Positions 33,764 through 46,735 are shown, counted from the whole stretch's first letter. The stretch: DNA of 63,918 nt, filler included, from Craspedostauros australis (GCA_030167865.1; 17 parts of 17 records of this genome joined end to end with filler, not necessarily neighbours in it); one strand, 5' to 3'. Numbers and translations are program-made. Notes: generated by a model from the letters alone, not told the origin.

Positions 33764-36148
33764 ATGAAAGGCTTGAATCAACACATGATGCTCCTCTCTC
33801 TATCCTCCGCGGCATGCTTGCTGTTGGTTGCTTTCGCACCAGCTGCTGCTGCGGCTGATGTTGCCGCTCACCATGATGCGCATCGCCGTACAGCCCATCA
33901 CGGTCATGCACACGGACATGCCTCAGAAGAGGTGGAAGTTGGCGTTCGCGAGGAAGAAGATGCTGCACGCACCATGACGGACTTTGAGAAGAAGTTCCTG
34001 GACATGCCCGACCCGGACTCGGCCAGCAACCATCTGCGTTACATCACCAGCGAACCGCATGTCGCTGGAACGAGCGGTGACTACCAGATGGCCGAATACG
34101 TCAAGACGCAGTTCCAGCAGTACGGGATCCCGGAGGTTCACATCGATGAGCTCCAGGTCATGTTGAACTACATGAACACGCGTCCCGTCGTGCAATTGCG
34201 CAACGCGAAGGACGCTCGCCTCATCTACGAGGCCACCCTCATGGAGGATAAACTGCCCTCCGACGAAACGACCGACACGGACTACCGATTCAACGCATTC
34301 CACGGCTACGCGCCGTCCGGTTCCATCCACAATGCTCCCATGGTCTACGCCAATTACGGACGTCCGCAGGACTTTGATGTGCTGCAACGCAACGGCATTT
34401 CCGTGCACAACGCGATCGTCATCGTGCGCTACGGCAAATGCTTCCGCGGTCTCAAGGTCCAGAATGCACAGCAGCGTGGCGCGCTGGGCGTCCTCATCTA
34501 CAGCGATCCCGCCGACGATGGCGCCTCGATCGGTCCCACGTATCCCGACGGCCCGTGGCGACCCGAATCCGGTTTCCAACGCGGATCCGTGCAATTCAAC
34601 TCGCTGTGTGGTGGAGATCCGAGACGCGCGGATCGCAGATACGGCAACGAGACGGTCGAGCAGATCTGCGGGTATGCCAGCGAGGATCTCATCCCGTCCA
34701 TTCCTTCGTTGCCCATGAATATGCGCGATGTGCGTCCGTTGTTGCAAAACATCGGCGGGCCGGCCGTGGACGAGTTGGATGGCGAAGGCGCCGAAGACTT
34801 TCAGGGTGGACTCTCCGATGTCACGTACCGCGTAGGCCCTTCCATCGACGCCCTCCTCACGATGGAAGTGGACAACGTGGAATCGATCCGCGGCGTTCCC
34901 AACGTGATCGGCAAGATTCCAGGACGGTTGGCCATCGAGGATCCCGGCGACGACATGCCCATCCTGCTGGGCAACCACCGCGATGCCTGGGTGTACGGTG
35001 CGGCTGATCCCAACAGTGGAACGGCGGCGTTGCTCGAGGTGGCGAAGGGACTCGGAGCCTTGGTGCAGGACCATGGGTGGCAGCCCGAACGTTCCATCTA
35101 CCTGCTGTCGTGGTCAGGTGAGGAGTACGGTCTCTTGGGATCGACCGGATGGGGCGAGCTCAATGGTGACACCATCCTGTCCAAGGCGGTCGCCTACTTG
35201 AACCTCGACACTGCGGTGTCTGGGAACGCGCTGAAAGCGTCCGCCACGCCTTCGTTGACGTCCTTGTGGAAGGAGGTGCTGCAAGACCTGCAGACGTCCA
35301 ACGAACATTCGTCAGAATGGCTCTCGAACGGCCCGTTCGGAGACATCCGCGATGCCAACACGGGCAGGCTCCTTGCGACCGAAACGCCGCAGGACGGTCA
35401 CGCAGACAGCGAGATCGGCATGCTGGGATCCGGCAGCGATTACACTGTGTTCTTGGACCATCTCGGCATCGCAAGTCTTGACTTTTCCTTCCACAATCCA
35501 TTCGGCGACAGCTACGGGCAGTATCACTCCATCTACGACTCCTTCACCTGGGTCAAGAACTTCGGCGGTCACCCGAGTCCAGCCCATGCGGCATTTGACC
35601 TCATCGCCTACTCCGCCAAGATCTGGGGGCTGCTTGCCATGCGGTTGGGCTCATGTGATCTCATCCCGTTGGATCACATGGCCCAAGCCAACTCGCTGGT
35701 GGACTACGTCGCAACGATTGAAGCCGCGGATGCCGGTCTCGATGTCGCAGAGCTGCGAAACGCCGTCTCCAACTTCAAATCAATCGCCAACGTTTTCTAC
35801 AACACTTGCGAACGTCGCTGCAACCTCAACTCTGACGATGCTGCGCAGAAGTTACGTGGGTCGTCTCGTGCCAAGACCTTCGATGGCGTCGCAATAACTG
35901 TTGATGAGTGCAACGAGAAGATCACGATGGTCGAGCGGGAATTCCTGATCCCTGATGGTGGTCTGCCTCGCCGTCCATGGTTCAAGCACGTGCTGCAAGC
36001 ACCTGGCATGCACTTGGGCTATGCCGCGGAAGCATTCCCAGGCATTCAGCAAGCCCTCGACGATGGTGACTGGGACCTGGCAAAACAGCAGGTCAAGGTG
36101 GCGGCCGATCGCGTCCAGGCCGCTGCCGATTTCATGCAGTTTTGGTGA
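33764..36148 (+). CDS. Glutamate carboxypeptidase II-like M28 peptidase (PA + M28 + TFR dimerisation domains), probably secreted
   Basis: Signal-peptide-like N-terminus. Motifs EPHVAGT, VYANYG, YSDPADDG, QRGSV, GNHRDAW..GAADPNSGT, SGEEYGLLGS, YLNLD, GSGSDY, YHSIYD and RPWFKHV. Confidence 0.95.
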   Translation: MKGLNQHMMLLSLSSAACLLLVAFAPAAAAADVAAHHDAHRRTAHHGHAHGHASEEVEVGVREEEDAARTMTDFEKKFLDMPDPDSASNHLRYITSEPHVAGTSGDYQMAEYVKTQFQQYGIPEVHIDELQVMLNYMNTRPVVQLRNAKDARLIYEATLMEDKLPSDETTDTDYRFNAFHGYAPSGSIHNAPMVYANYGRPQDFDVLQRNGISVHNAIVIVRYGKCFRGLKVQNAQQRGALGVLIYSDPADDGASIGPTYPDGPWRPESGFQRGSVQFNSLCGGDPRRADRRYGNETVEQICGYASEDLIPSIPSLPMNMRDVRPLLQNIGGPAVDELDGEGAEDFQGGLSDVTYRVGPSIDALLTMEVDNVESIRGVPNVIGKIPGRLAIEDPGDDMPILLGNHRDAWVYGAADPNSGTAALLEVAKGLGALVQDHGWQPERSIYLLSWSGEEYGLLGSTGWGELNGDTILSKAVAYLNLDTAVSGNALKASATPSLTSLWKEVLQDLQTSNEHSSEWLSNGPFGDIRDANTGRLLATETPQDGHADSEIGMLGSGSDYTVFLDHLGIASLDFSFHNPFGDSYGQYHSIYDSFTWVKNFGGHPSPAHAAFDLIAYSAKIWGLLAMRLGSCDLIPLDHMAQANSLVDYVATIEAADAGLDVAELRNAVSNFKSIANVFYNTCERRCNLNSDDAAQKLRGSSRAKTFDGVAITVDECNEKITMVEREFLIPDGGLPRRPWFKHVLQAPGMHLGYAAEAFPGIQQALDDGDWDLAKQQVKVAADRVQAAADFMQFW

Positions 36149-36837
36149 CCAGCGGGTTGCGTTCCGAGATACAATACCATGGTTGATACTGCACCACAAT
36201 CTGCGGTACGAGTGCGGCACCACAATCCCAACACAGCAGAGCACACAAGAGTACGGATACATGCGTATGAACAAACAGCGGACTGACACTTTGCACACTT
36301 GAGATGCCAAACAGACAGGAGTACACACTGACAGACATACGAGCGCTTGTGCTCGTATCAAAAGACCTGGCGATGTCTTTGGGCCTGCCACAACGTTGAA
36401 GCCAACAGATTCTCACCATCAATCGCGATCTGCGCCCATCAAAATGTCATTGACAGGCCTTCCTCACCCACAACGCAATTCGCGCGCAAAGTGTGGGCCA
36501 ACGACGAACGGGAACAGCGACGGTCCACGCCAGAGTACTTGAGCTTTCTGTCACCCGGGATCTTGGCCCCTTCGGGTTGGTTTCCGACGTGTGTTTATTC
36601 CTTGTCCCCTCTAATTTACAACTACCTATGTTTATTTCTATCCTTTCTACACATCCATCCTGATCCCATGGACTCAAATGCATGGACATGGCCGAGCCCC
36701 TCCGAAGAGAAGGATGCTCTCATCACAATCTTTTCTCTTGCATTGCGCTGCTCCTGCACGAGTGTCCCCCCTCGTGATCTCGCCTTGTACGATACTCTCT
36801 CCCTACAACTTGTTTGGCTGCTGCGGACGCTTGAGTG

Positions 36838-38292
36838 TCAAACGTGACCAGCGCCGTCGTCTTGTGCTTCTCTTGCGACACTGGCAGATGCTGTGGCACG
36901 GATGCGATCTCCCACATCTTCGGCTCTTCCCTCTTCCATCAGACTCAGGTCATCGCCATCGTCATCATGGCCACTTTCATCCTGGGAGTCGCTCTCGCTC
37001 TCATGGTTGTTGTCGATGTCGCCACCAATGGCATCGTCGATGTCATCGTCCATGTCTTCGTCGATATCGTCGTCCATCGGCAGACAGGATCGCTCTGTGC
37101 GTGCGGTATTTTCCAAGGATTCCAGCGAAAGAGCTTTGGACTCTTTGCATGTCACCTTACTGGGCTTGTCAGTGCAGTCCGTTTCGCCGTCCCTGGTAGA
37201 TTCGCATTGCTGTGCAAGCGAGCACAGTACGTCAGTGCCACGGATCTGCATGTGGCAGACGATGATCGTGCGTGGGAGGAAGCAGATGAACCAAAACCAC
37301 CTCAAGGGAGGGCTGATGTCCGACAGATCGTCGCGTATGAAGGCAATCACGATGAAGTACGCCACGATGCATGTGGTGATGGCGATCCTCGTTATCGTGC
37401 TTTGGACAGCAGAGGCTTGGAACAGCCTGCTCTGGTTCTTTGGGAACAGCTTCAGCCGATAGCAGAGCAGAGCAAAGTGCCTGTCATGGGGCGGAGACGG
37501 TGATGGAACGCGTTGTCAATGCAGAACGTGGTGGTAAAATCGGGCATGCATGGTACGTATGTGGGTGGTGAGCGCATGGTTGATTGTTTTGATGTGGGTG
37601 ATCCTGTTGCATGGTCATGGATGTTCGTGTTGGCACCCCTGTTGGTGCCTGCGGATGGGCGTGTTCGGTTGTGTCCGGGTGTGTTCGTTCACGAACCGAC
37701 GGCCTTTGGCGCAGCGAGACCGGTTCCATTGCGCTGTTGCTTACCTGAGTTGATCCGTAGTGGCGTAGAAGCTCATCGCGATTGACACTCTCATGAATGG
37801 AATGTTCGGCGGGTCGAAAAACGTTGCAAAACCCAGCTGGATGAAGATGAACGTTGTTGTGTGATGCATGAGGGCAAGCGAGCTGTGCTTCAGCCGGTAC
37901 GTCAGTTCCCATACGTGCAGGAGGCTGATCATGTGAAGCGCCATGAACGCCATCTCCACGCCCTCGGTCTCGATTACGCTCTGCCTATCAAACGTAACAT
38001 GGTACGATGACTTGATGGCAAACCCAAAGGCTGTCGTCATGACGACGAGTCGCACAATGTAAGCGATGACATTTCTCTGTTTGTCGATCGGAAGGTCGCG
38101 ATAGGTGGTGCCGACATTGCCGTACGTGATGCGAGGCAGGATGGTGTTGAGGAATGCCACGATCATGCATATCCCGATGGCCATGTTGACAGTGAACCAG
38201 CCGTAGTGGTACGGGTTCCTGAAGTCATACACCTCGCTTCTCAGGACCGTGACGTAGTCGTTGCTACTACTGCTGGTGGCGATGCTCTCCAT
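36838..38292 (-). CDS. Multi-pass membrane protein, TLC-domain-like; two exons (37745-38292, 36838-37480)
   Basis: A GT-AG intron at 37481-37744 joins ...TTDQLR to HFALLCYRL in frame. Motif WELTYR....LALMHH, several TM segments and an acidic tail. Confidence 0.7.
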
Positions 38293-40634
38293 GGTTGTTG
38301 TTGTTGGTCTTGTATTTTATGTTGAGTACACGATGGTTGTTGTCGTGAGACGAGTGCCTTCACTCAACGGATATCCACGAAAAACTGATGGGTGATGGGT
38401 GTTCTGTGATCGTTCTTGAGTTTGTGATTGTGTGAACCAACGCGTTTGTTTGGCGATGGGGCAAGTGAACGGGTTTGGGTGTTGGATTGGGACTTGGTTG
38501 GCGTTGATCCTCGCGCTGTGGTCTTCACGGACATCATCGACATCACTTGCTTCGATTGGGTTGGTTGGTGATGTGCTGTCGGAGGGCAGAAACCTCGTAC
38601 GAGAGAGTTTGTGACGAACAACCGTGCTCTGACTATACTTCGAGGAACCGAGATGAACAGCTGCGTTTCGACAACAAGCGATTCATCCCTGGTAACAGCG
38701 GGGCGCTATCGGTCAATGGCGATGGACGAGGAATTGCGCTCGCACACCGACCAGAATCAGGGCTACCGATGCTCAGAAAAGTACCTCGGCCATTGATCCC
38801 GGCGGTCGTGATCCCGACGGGAGCAGAAGATTGCCGTTGGTGGGAGGGGACGTCCGCCAACGTTTTGTTTGGGATTTATTGTCAGTACTTGACAACATTC
38901 GCTCCAACCACCCATCAACCACCGTCATCTTGTTCCAAGAAATGGCGCGAACTTTTGTTGCGGAACTGTTTTGGGTTGGGGCTATGCACAAGAAAGGTGA
39001 CCGGGAACGAAAGCGGTTGGGCTAACCCAGAGCGGCGTGGGCATCTTTGTCCTCGCTGCGATGCTCGCTGTTCTTTCAATCGCCTTTCCATCACAGCGAT
39101 ACCAGATGTTCGCAATCGTCGAATCTTCTCCACCTGAGTACGAAGCAGAGTATTGCCCAAGTTCCATGTCGTGCCAGAAGCTACGCAAATGTAACGATGC
39201 GTCACAGACGGCGAAGAAGGATGATGCGTGTTGGTGCATGTGTACCAGGTCCGCTTGTACTCACACGTACTCACGGATGGTAATGTTGGTGTTGGCGTTG
39301 GCGTTTGGAGATGGATACTGTCTTACGTTCAGGTGCGCGTCTCTGTGCATCTTGGTCGGAGTGTTTATTATAATAGTAGAGTACAGCATAATGGGAATCG
39401 CACGTCACCCAAATGAGAATGTACTCGTACGTACTATATGCAATAGCATGCGCCATGTGTATCACGATGGACAAAGAAGAGCTGTGCGACACGCAACAGG
39501 GTGGCTCTCGCTTCAGTCGAAGTTTCATCGTGGCGCCGGTACTCCAGACACTGTTGCCACTGAAACCGTTTGTGTGCTCATCGCAATGCAAATGCTACCG
39601 TTGGTATTGCTGCTGATGCTGTGAATGCTGCTGTAGATGATACTAACGCTGATGACGGATGCTTTCGTTGCCGTTGCTTGCTCACTTCGTCTCTTGGGAC
39701 GCTTCCACACCAACAGTGTTATCGTTGCAAGTACTCTACTCGAATTACGATGGGTCCTCGCCTCTTGCCTCTTGCTCCGTTGTGGACCGTTTATTCGACC
39801 GAAGTCCGGTTTTTCATCATTTGTGCCATGGGTGTTATCATGTGCATCTCCGACGACCACAATCATATCTCCGTCAAGTACGGATGTCTCTCCAGACACG
39901 CACCCAGCCTTGCAGCGAGGCTTTCTGATTGTCTGTCTGTTTCACACACTCAAAAACATCCGTGAGTGTTCCAAACAAATGCGAGCGGGGTGAGACAATT
40001 AACAGGACGGTTCAGTTTGCTTCCGCTTTGCCATGGAGCAAACAACGGCGAATGTGAACGCCGGAGAGATACTAAACGTGTTGTTGGGGACGTGCGTACT
40101 GACGGAACAGAGTGCGTCACTGATCGTAACTCGCTCGAACTACTTTGCAACTGCAGAAGATTCTGCTCTGCTCCATCTGCATCATAGCGCCTCGTTGGCT
40201 CTCCTTCGGCGAATGGCAAAGTGAGATGCTCACCTGCCCTTGTTCCCCGTTATCTGAAGCAATCGAGTTGTTTGAGTGTTCGTTAGGAGCCACCCGAGTG
40301 AGTCGACCTGCACTTTGTCATGGGACTCAACATCATTTTTCTTGGATATCCAAACAAACCACATAATCGTAATGCCCATATTCTAAAACCAAATACAGAT
40401 TCAAATTACTTTCCGGATAGACCTTAGTTTAAGTTTTATGGGCCCATCAAGGTATTTTGGGGTCGGACGAGTCGATCCCCATGAAACTCCTGCTTGTTTC
40501 TCAGAAGGTTCTTTGATGTTCTGGAGTATTTATCGTATGGTACTCAGTCATGAATACGACGTCAAAGATGTCGTTCGGTTGGTACGCGTTAAATACACGT
40601 TAGCATCTGTGACATGATCTCACATTTTGCTCGT

Positions 40635-40718
40635 CACAAAACACATCACACAAAACACATCACACAAAACACATCACACAAAACACATCACACAAAACAC
40701 ATCACACAAAACACATCA
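40635..40718 (+). repeat. 14-bp tandem repeat (CACAAAACACATCA)x6
   Basis: Six perfect copies about 300 bp upstream of the transposase ORF. Confidence 0.93.
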
Positions 40719-41011
40719 CACATCCAACATCATCGCCATCCGCTCACAATTTCGCAAATCATCGCCACTCTTTCGCTCTATTTCACAACTTACCTCGCCA
40801 ACGCCATGCGCACTCGCTCTTGTGTTCCATGCTTGTGCTCGCCCTGGTAGTGTTAGTGTAGTAGTAGTAGTAGTTGTAGTAGTTGTTGTTGCCGCTGTTG
40901 CAACCTGGTTGGCCTTTCGTCGCATCCTCTCGTTTCCTCACTTCGTCCTGGACCAGTGCAGATCATCACATTCAACCAAATAACAACTATACTCAACAGC
41001 AACACTACATC

Positions 41012-44000
41012 ATGCGTCGCTCTACCACCTCCAAGGCCCACTCCAAGGATGGCAACCCCTCCCCCTGTAAGAAACCGTGTTCTGCTCACCCTGCATCTGT
41101 TCCTCCTGTCGATTCGAAGGGCAACTTGCTGCCTACTACCGAGCAACTGTTGCCTGACAAGCTGTCCGCTACGTTGAGGAAGCCGAGCACCATCACGCAA
41201 GTGATCGATGTGAAGCCGATGCTCGCAGCAGATGGCAACCTCATCCCGAACAGTACGCATGCGCACGCTCGCGAGCTGCATGTCTACGTTCACGTCCTCA
41301 ACGACAACGGAGGCGCCTACGACAACTCTAATGTCAGGGTGCGCTCGGAAGGACGAGGTGTCGGTGATGGTACGTTGGTGAGCGTTGTCGTGAACGCGCC
41401 ACCCCTGCCTGCTTCAGCTGATGTTGCACCACCTGCGGAGCCGACCCCTCCAGCGAGGCTTCCCCGGCGTTGCAACACTGTTGTTGCTGGGGGCTACACG
41501 GATCCCTCTATTGACAGCGACAGCACCTACATGGATGACGAGGAGGAACAGATGCGCGCCGGCAAGTTCAAGGGTGATCTGACAGAGAAGGAGAGCTGGA
41601 GGCGTGATGCTGTGATCCGCGTGATGGAGGAGCTCACCGATGACTTCGACATGGACGTGTTTAATTCCATGCCGCCCACAGGATTCGTGATTTGCGGCAC
41701 GTGCGACAGGCAAACATGGTGGAACGTGACACGCGTGTGGGTCACTGTGGCTACTGCACTCTGGGGTGTCTTGCTCCCTCGCGAGGAATTGCCAACTCGC
41801 CAGATGCAACAGGTGGCGGCGTTTGTCCGCGCTCGCGTGGACCTTCCACCAACTACACTCGGTCCGAATCTATACACCCTATGTGTGAGGGGGGAAAAGA
41901 CACTGGCTAACGCATCCAGGGCTGTGCTTGCTGCATCTACATCATTCACTAACAGCTCCGCAATCCTGTCTTGTCATGTAGAGACTCTTCCAGAGGAACA
42001 ACGTATGCATGTCAAGCCCGCACGCGCTACTATGACCCGGAGTCAACAAACAACCTTACGGCACGCCTTTGACACGTTCAGCCGCGGCAAAATCATCCCG
42101 CCAAGAGTTCTCCAGTATCGTGTGCCTGCCTGTGACCTGTCTGGCGTGACATCGTTCCTCATGACCACTGCAACATACAAGGCAGGGTTGAGTCACACAG
42201 TACAGTATGGCGGTGTCAGATTTGAAAATGTGCCGGTGTTCGATCGAGGAAGCACGACTATCCAACAACTATTCGACATGTACTCGTCTACGACCAACCG
42301 CCCAGTGGGAATGCCCGCTTTCACCACCATGACTCACCTACTCACACGCAAAAGCAAGATCAAGACGGGGCTTTCTTCCTTCGAGAGTTACTTCTGGATG
42401 GCGACGGAGAAACTCAAACAGGCAATTTCGCGCCTAGTAGACCTACTGAAGGCTAAGTATGCAGCGGGCGGAGAGGAGAAAAACGATGACGCTGTGGATG
42501 CCAATGACAATGATGATCCCCATGACGTCATCGCGCAGCATGTGCGCACAGCTGATTCCCTCTTGCATGCGCTCGAGCTGCTTGTTGTGTTCCTCAAATG
42601 GGAATTCACCGCGTCGCACATGCAGCTTGAGTGCGACGACCCAATGCATTCGGCCGCGTTCGCACTCACCACCAACAAGGAGAAGAAAAAGAAGAAGGCA
42701 ACAACCACATCCTCCAATCAACGCAAACCACGCACCAACAAGCACAAGAGCAAGAAGAACACCGCGCGTAAAGTATGCAACCGTTGTGGATCAGCAATGC
42801 GATTTGTGGATGATCGTTTTGTCCCTTTTGTCACAATGCTTAAGGACAACGAACTCAAAGAACACAATGACGAATTGCAATCCATGCTTGCGGCGGCGCC
42901 GGGATTCGTCATCGAAATTGTTAATTACATGGCTCACAAAGTGCGCGCAAAAGTGCAATTCCGACAAATCGCCTTTTATCAATCCGAACTCAACAACAAG
43001 CCTGAAAGAGCCTATGTGGTACTTGACCATAAGCAAAAAATTCTACCGACAGGCCAAGGCGAAGCCCAACAAGAATATTGGGGGAAGAAGGGAATGTCAC
43101 TGCTTGGGGCAATGGTCATCACATGTCACAATGACATTTTTACTTATCGGTTCATCGACATTGTGGTCGGCGGAAGACCGACACAAGACACTCTTCAAGT
43201 TGGTGGACTACTTGACATTGTGCAAAAAAAGGTCAAAGAAATTCTCCCATCCGTGACTGAAATCATCCTACAGAGCNNNNNNNNNNNNNNNNNNNNNNNN
43301 NNCGAGCACATCGCGCTCATCACATCGGTACTCAACAAGAACCTTGCGACACGAAAAGCAGCTAAAATCATCGCGTGGATCTACACAGAGGCCCAAACCG
43401 GTAAGAGCATGCTGGACACCCACTTCGCGTACATCACCCGTGTACTGCGAAAATACGTGCAAAGTGGCAAGGACATCAAGACCCCTTTCCAAGTCTTCCT
43501 CGCGCTCCAAGCTGGTAACATCGCAGGCACGACAACGGTACTTGTCAACGCGGCGCTCCTGGCAGGCAACATCACCACGCTGCCTGGTTCACCAAAACGA
43601 CGATTCCGCGCGAACGGGCAACAGGTACGTCAGACTCACGAGGTGAAGTATGACGATGACCAGGCACGGTTGGTGGCTGCATCTGGCATCACGGAAGACG
43701 TCGTGGTCAAGAGCGCTGAATGGGACGGCTGGATCATCAACCAGCTGGGCGTTGCCGATGTTGACACACACAAGTCCGACAAGCTGCCGATAACGTCCGA
43801 ATCGTTCAGGAAGACGGACAAGACGCGAAAACTCGGGCGCACAGCGGCGGAGAGCAAGGGGCTGGCGTTCGGCAAAGCCATCGAAGATGCACAAGGACAG
43901 GTGCCACCTGATCGTACCGCGAAGTTACGCGACCAGACCGCGGAAACAGAACACCCACCACTCGCAGTACAAGGCTGGGCGAGCAAAACAACGCGCAAAC

Positions 44001-44014
44001 CAGCGGAACTACCA
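41012..44014 (+). mobile_element. Large DD(D/E) transposase, Sola3-like, 3' truncated
   Basis: C....H...C..C Zn-like motif. Motifs YMAHKVRAKVQ, VVLDHKQKILP....E.Q.EYWGKKGMSLLG, IILQS[gap] and YTEAQTGK..LDTHFA, matching the D-x-x-x-K-x-L-P / SDNA / GK..D pattern I associate with Sola3. The superfamily call is from memory. Confidence 0.6.
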
Positions 44015-44237
44015 NNNNNNNNNNNNNNNNNNNNNNNNNNNNNNNNNNNNNNNNNNNNTTAATTAATTAANNNNNNNNNNNNNNNNNNNNNNNNNNNNNN
44101 NNNNNNNNNNNNNNATGAGGCTGCGCCGGTGGCGCTTTTCTCCGCCTCCTTTCAACCTCGCGCCTGGCGCGAGGGGAGCACGGAATCTGTGTGTTGTGAT
44201 TTTGTGTAATATGCATGTCCGGTTCGCTGGAGCTGCA

Positions 44238-45213
44238 TCAACCTTGACCTAGGTCGGGGTGCGCTTGCCGGCGACATTGGAGCCACTTGAGCAGGGCGCC
44301 AGAGGCGGCCGGCTCGTGGATCGCTAACGCTGCTTGCTCTACCCATACCGCGATCAGAGGTATCGCCGCNNCNNCNCNCGGCTNCGTTNNAAGAAGNCGT
44401 TGATGAAGTATNTGGTCCTGCTCGAGGCGGAGCCGAAGTGATTGCGCCCTATCTCGCAGGGACTGAATCATTTCGGCTTCGGCCGAGGTTGGACTTTCGA
44501 ATTGGGCCTCGTTTCGTGACGCCCACTGATCCCACGCTATATGCCATATACGTCGCACCAGTTGCCGTGTCCACTTTGAGGCTGATCTTCTCGACTTTTG
44601 CTGCTGCAAGAATTCTTGTTGGAGAGGTATCCAGTCTTGGACTAGCAGCCCCTGCCGCAATGCGACCGGGCCGACCGATCTCTGTCTGCGTGCCGCTTCA
44701 TGAAGCTGGCCGCCTTGACTTGTTGCCCAGAGATACGCCGATCCTTCGAGCTGGCTGCGCAGGATGGCCAGAATGACAGTAGTGACCCCCGGCGCTGTAG
44801 GATATCGCCTGAGCCACCTGCCAATGTCCTTCAGATGACGACGTGCGACTCCTCGGCGATCCTCTCCTGGGCATCGCCAGAAATGCTGCGCGTCCTCTCG
44901 TGCGTCGCAGCTGGGACACGCATCTGACTGCCTGAGACCCCACCGCTTCATTCGCGACCCCATTGGAGCCTCTCCTGTGATTAGTTTGACGGTCAGCAGG
45001 CGTCAGGTGAAGCTGAGCTCCCGAAGAGCTGTCCCTACCGCGTCCCACGCCACATGTATGGCTTGATCCACCACCTTTCTGGATGCCAGCACTTGCACCG
45101 ACTCCCTGAATGTTGGAGTGTGCGCCACCGTCCTGTATGCTATCCGTGTCAACTTCCTTTGGTTCGTGAACGAGACTCTTTCTCCATGTATATGGCCACC
45201 ATAGACCGCCGAG
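44238..45213 (-). pseudogene. Non-LTR retrotransposon ORF C-terminus (post-RT zinc knuckle) with an in-frame stop
   Basis: VAWDAVG.A...*...KLITGEAPMG.RMKRW...CPSC...EDAQHFWRC and W..AWDQWASRN. TGA at 45003-45005. Confidence 0.8.
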
Positions 45214-46735
45214 NNNNNNNNNNNNNNNNNNNNNNNNNNNNNNNNNNNNNNNNNNNNTTAATTAATTAANNNNNNNNNNNNNNNNNNNNNNNNNNNNNNN
45301 NNNNNNNNNNNNNGAAGAGACACACAACCTGTGTCCCGAAGAGAGCACAGCAGGATGCTGGAGTAGAATGGTAGAGTTGAGCACCATGGTCTCTGGAGAG
45401 TACGAGTACGATGCTTGTACGTACTAATATGATTGCACATCACACTTTGCTCTTGTACTGATGTACACAGGCCACATCATGTCGCAGTTGTCCTCTGCAA
45501 TTGTTGTCCTCCACAGTTGTGAATGTGTGTGCCATGTGACCATACTTGCAAAGGCATGGAGTGTTGATGTTGCGTCTGAAAGACAAAGAGACTGATGCAG
45601 AGTAGAGTGGTCGATCTGTGGAGCTTGCAGAGCCTGTCGGGTTCGTTCATTGATGCACCGCAATTGATGGCGGTGGCGACCACGTCATGGAGTGGGAGCT
45701 GTCGTGCCGATGGTTGTTGTGGATCGAAGGTGCGACAATGAGGTGATGGATCAGCTGGACCATCCGGAATCGGACGAGGACGAGTAGAGTGAAAACGTGT
45801 ATTGACTGCAGCGCTTCCGCCAACGCATCATGTAAGGTTGGTGTGTCGCACGTTTTCGCACCAGTAAAGCAATCCTTTCGATACCACCATCGTAGATCGA
45901 AGGATAGAGAGAGTGCTCTGCTCGGGATGAGACCAGAACAGACCAGAACAAGAAGCATCTTGCGATCCCTTGCGTGTTCGTGCGTTGTCAATGGGGTGGA
46001 TCCTCTCTTGGCGAGATCCAAAGATACCTTTTTGCAGACACCAACGTCACCAACACTGATGACGCTGATGTGGTGCGGAGGTTTGTCTGCGCTCTTGTTT
46101 TTGGTGTCATAGTTGGTACGTTCTTCGTGAGTACTGTCGAACGGAGGAGCACGAGTATCTGCGAGTGGAGAAGAACTATTGTCACTTTGTTCTTTTGTGA
46201 TGTCGGAACAGCACCTTCCGAATACGAGCATGACCACGGTTCGACACACTCTCCCTTCTTATCGATCCATGTCCCTCACGACATCCAAACTCCCATCTTC
46301 ACTTACGAACAATGAAGCGATTTCTTCCGGAACCTCGGACAAATCTTTCCTTCCAACCCTTCTCATTGTTCCCGCAAGATCTGCAGAACCAACACCTCCA
46401 TTGTCACACGTCGCCGCATCTTCTGCCACACCTGTTGCCACCACCACTGTCGACATCAACATCATCAGACCACACAACAAGCAATCACACGCGACACCCC
46501 CACCACATTTGAAATTGAAAAAAGTCCTCGCCCAACTCACACAGCTCACACACAACACACACAACACACACAACACACAACGCTGCCATCTTCATCTTCG
46601 TCTCCGTCTCCGAGTCTCATAAAATTCGATTGACCAGCTTCAATCCACATCCTCATCTCGTGACAACAACAACACAAGTTGCTTTCACCATCAAACAAAA
46701 CCAAACTAAATCAATTCAATTTAAACACATTCAAG

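Noticed and set aside
33820..33850. VAFAP resembling the diatom ASAFAP plastid-targeting motif in the M28 peptidase
   Set aside because: The following sequence is Ala/His/acidic rather than a basic, Ser-rich transit peptide, so ordinary secretion is more likely. ASAFind/HECTAR would decide.
39037..39993. Cys-rich or hydrophobic ORFs that might form a spliced gene
   Set aside because: No convincing start, splice model or codon bias.
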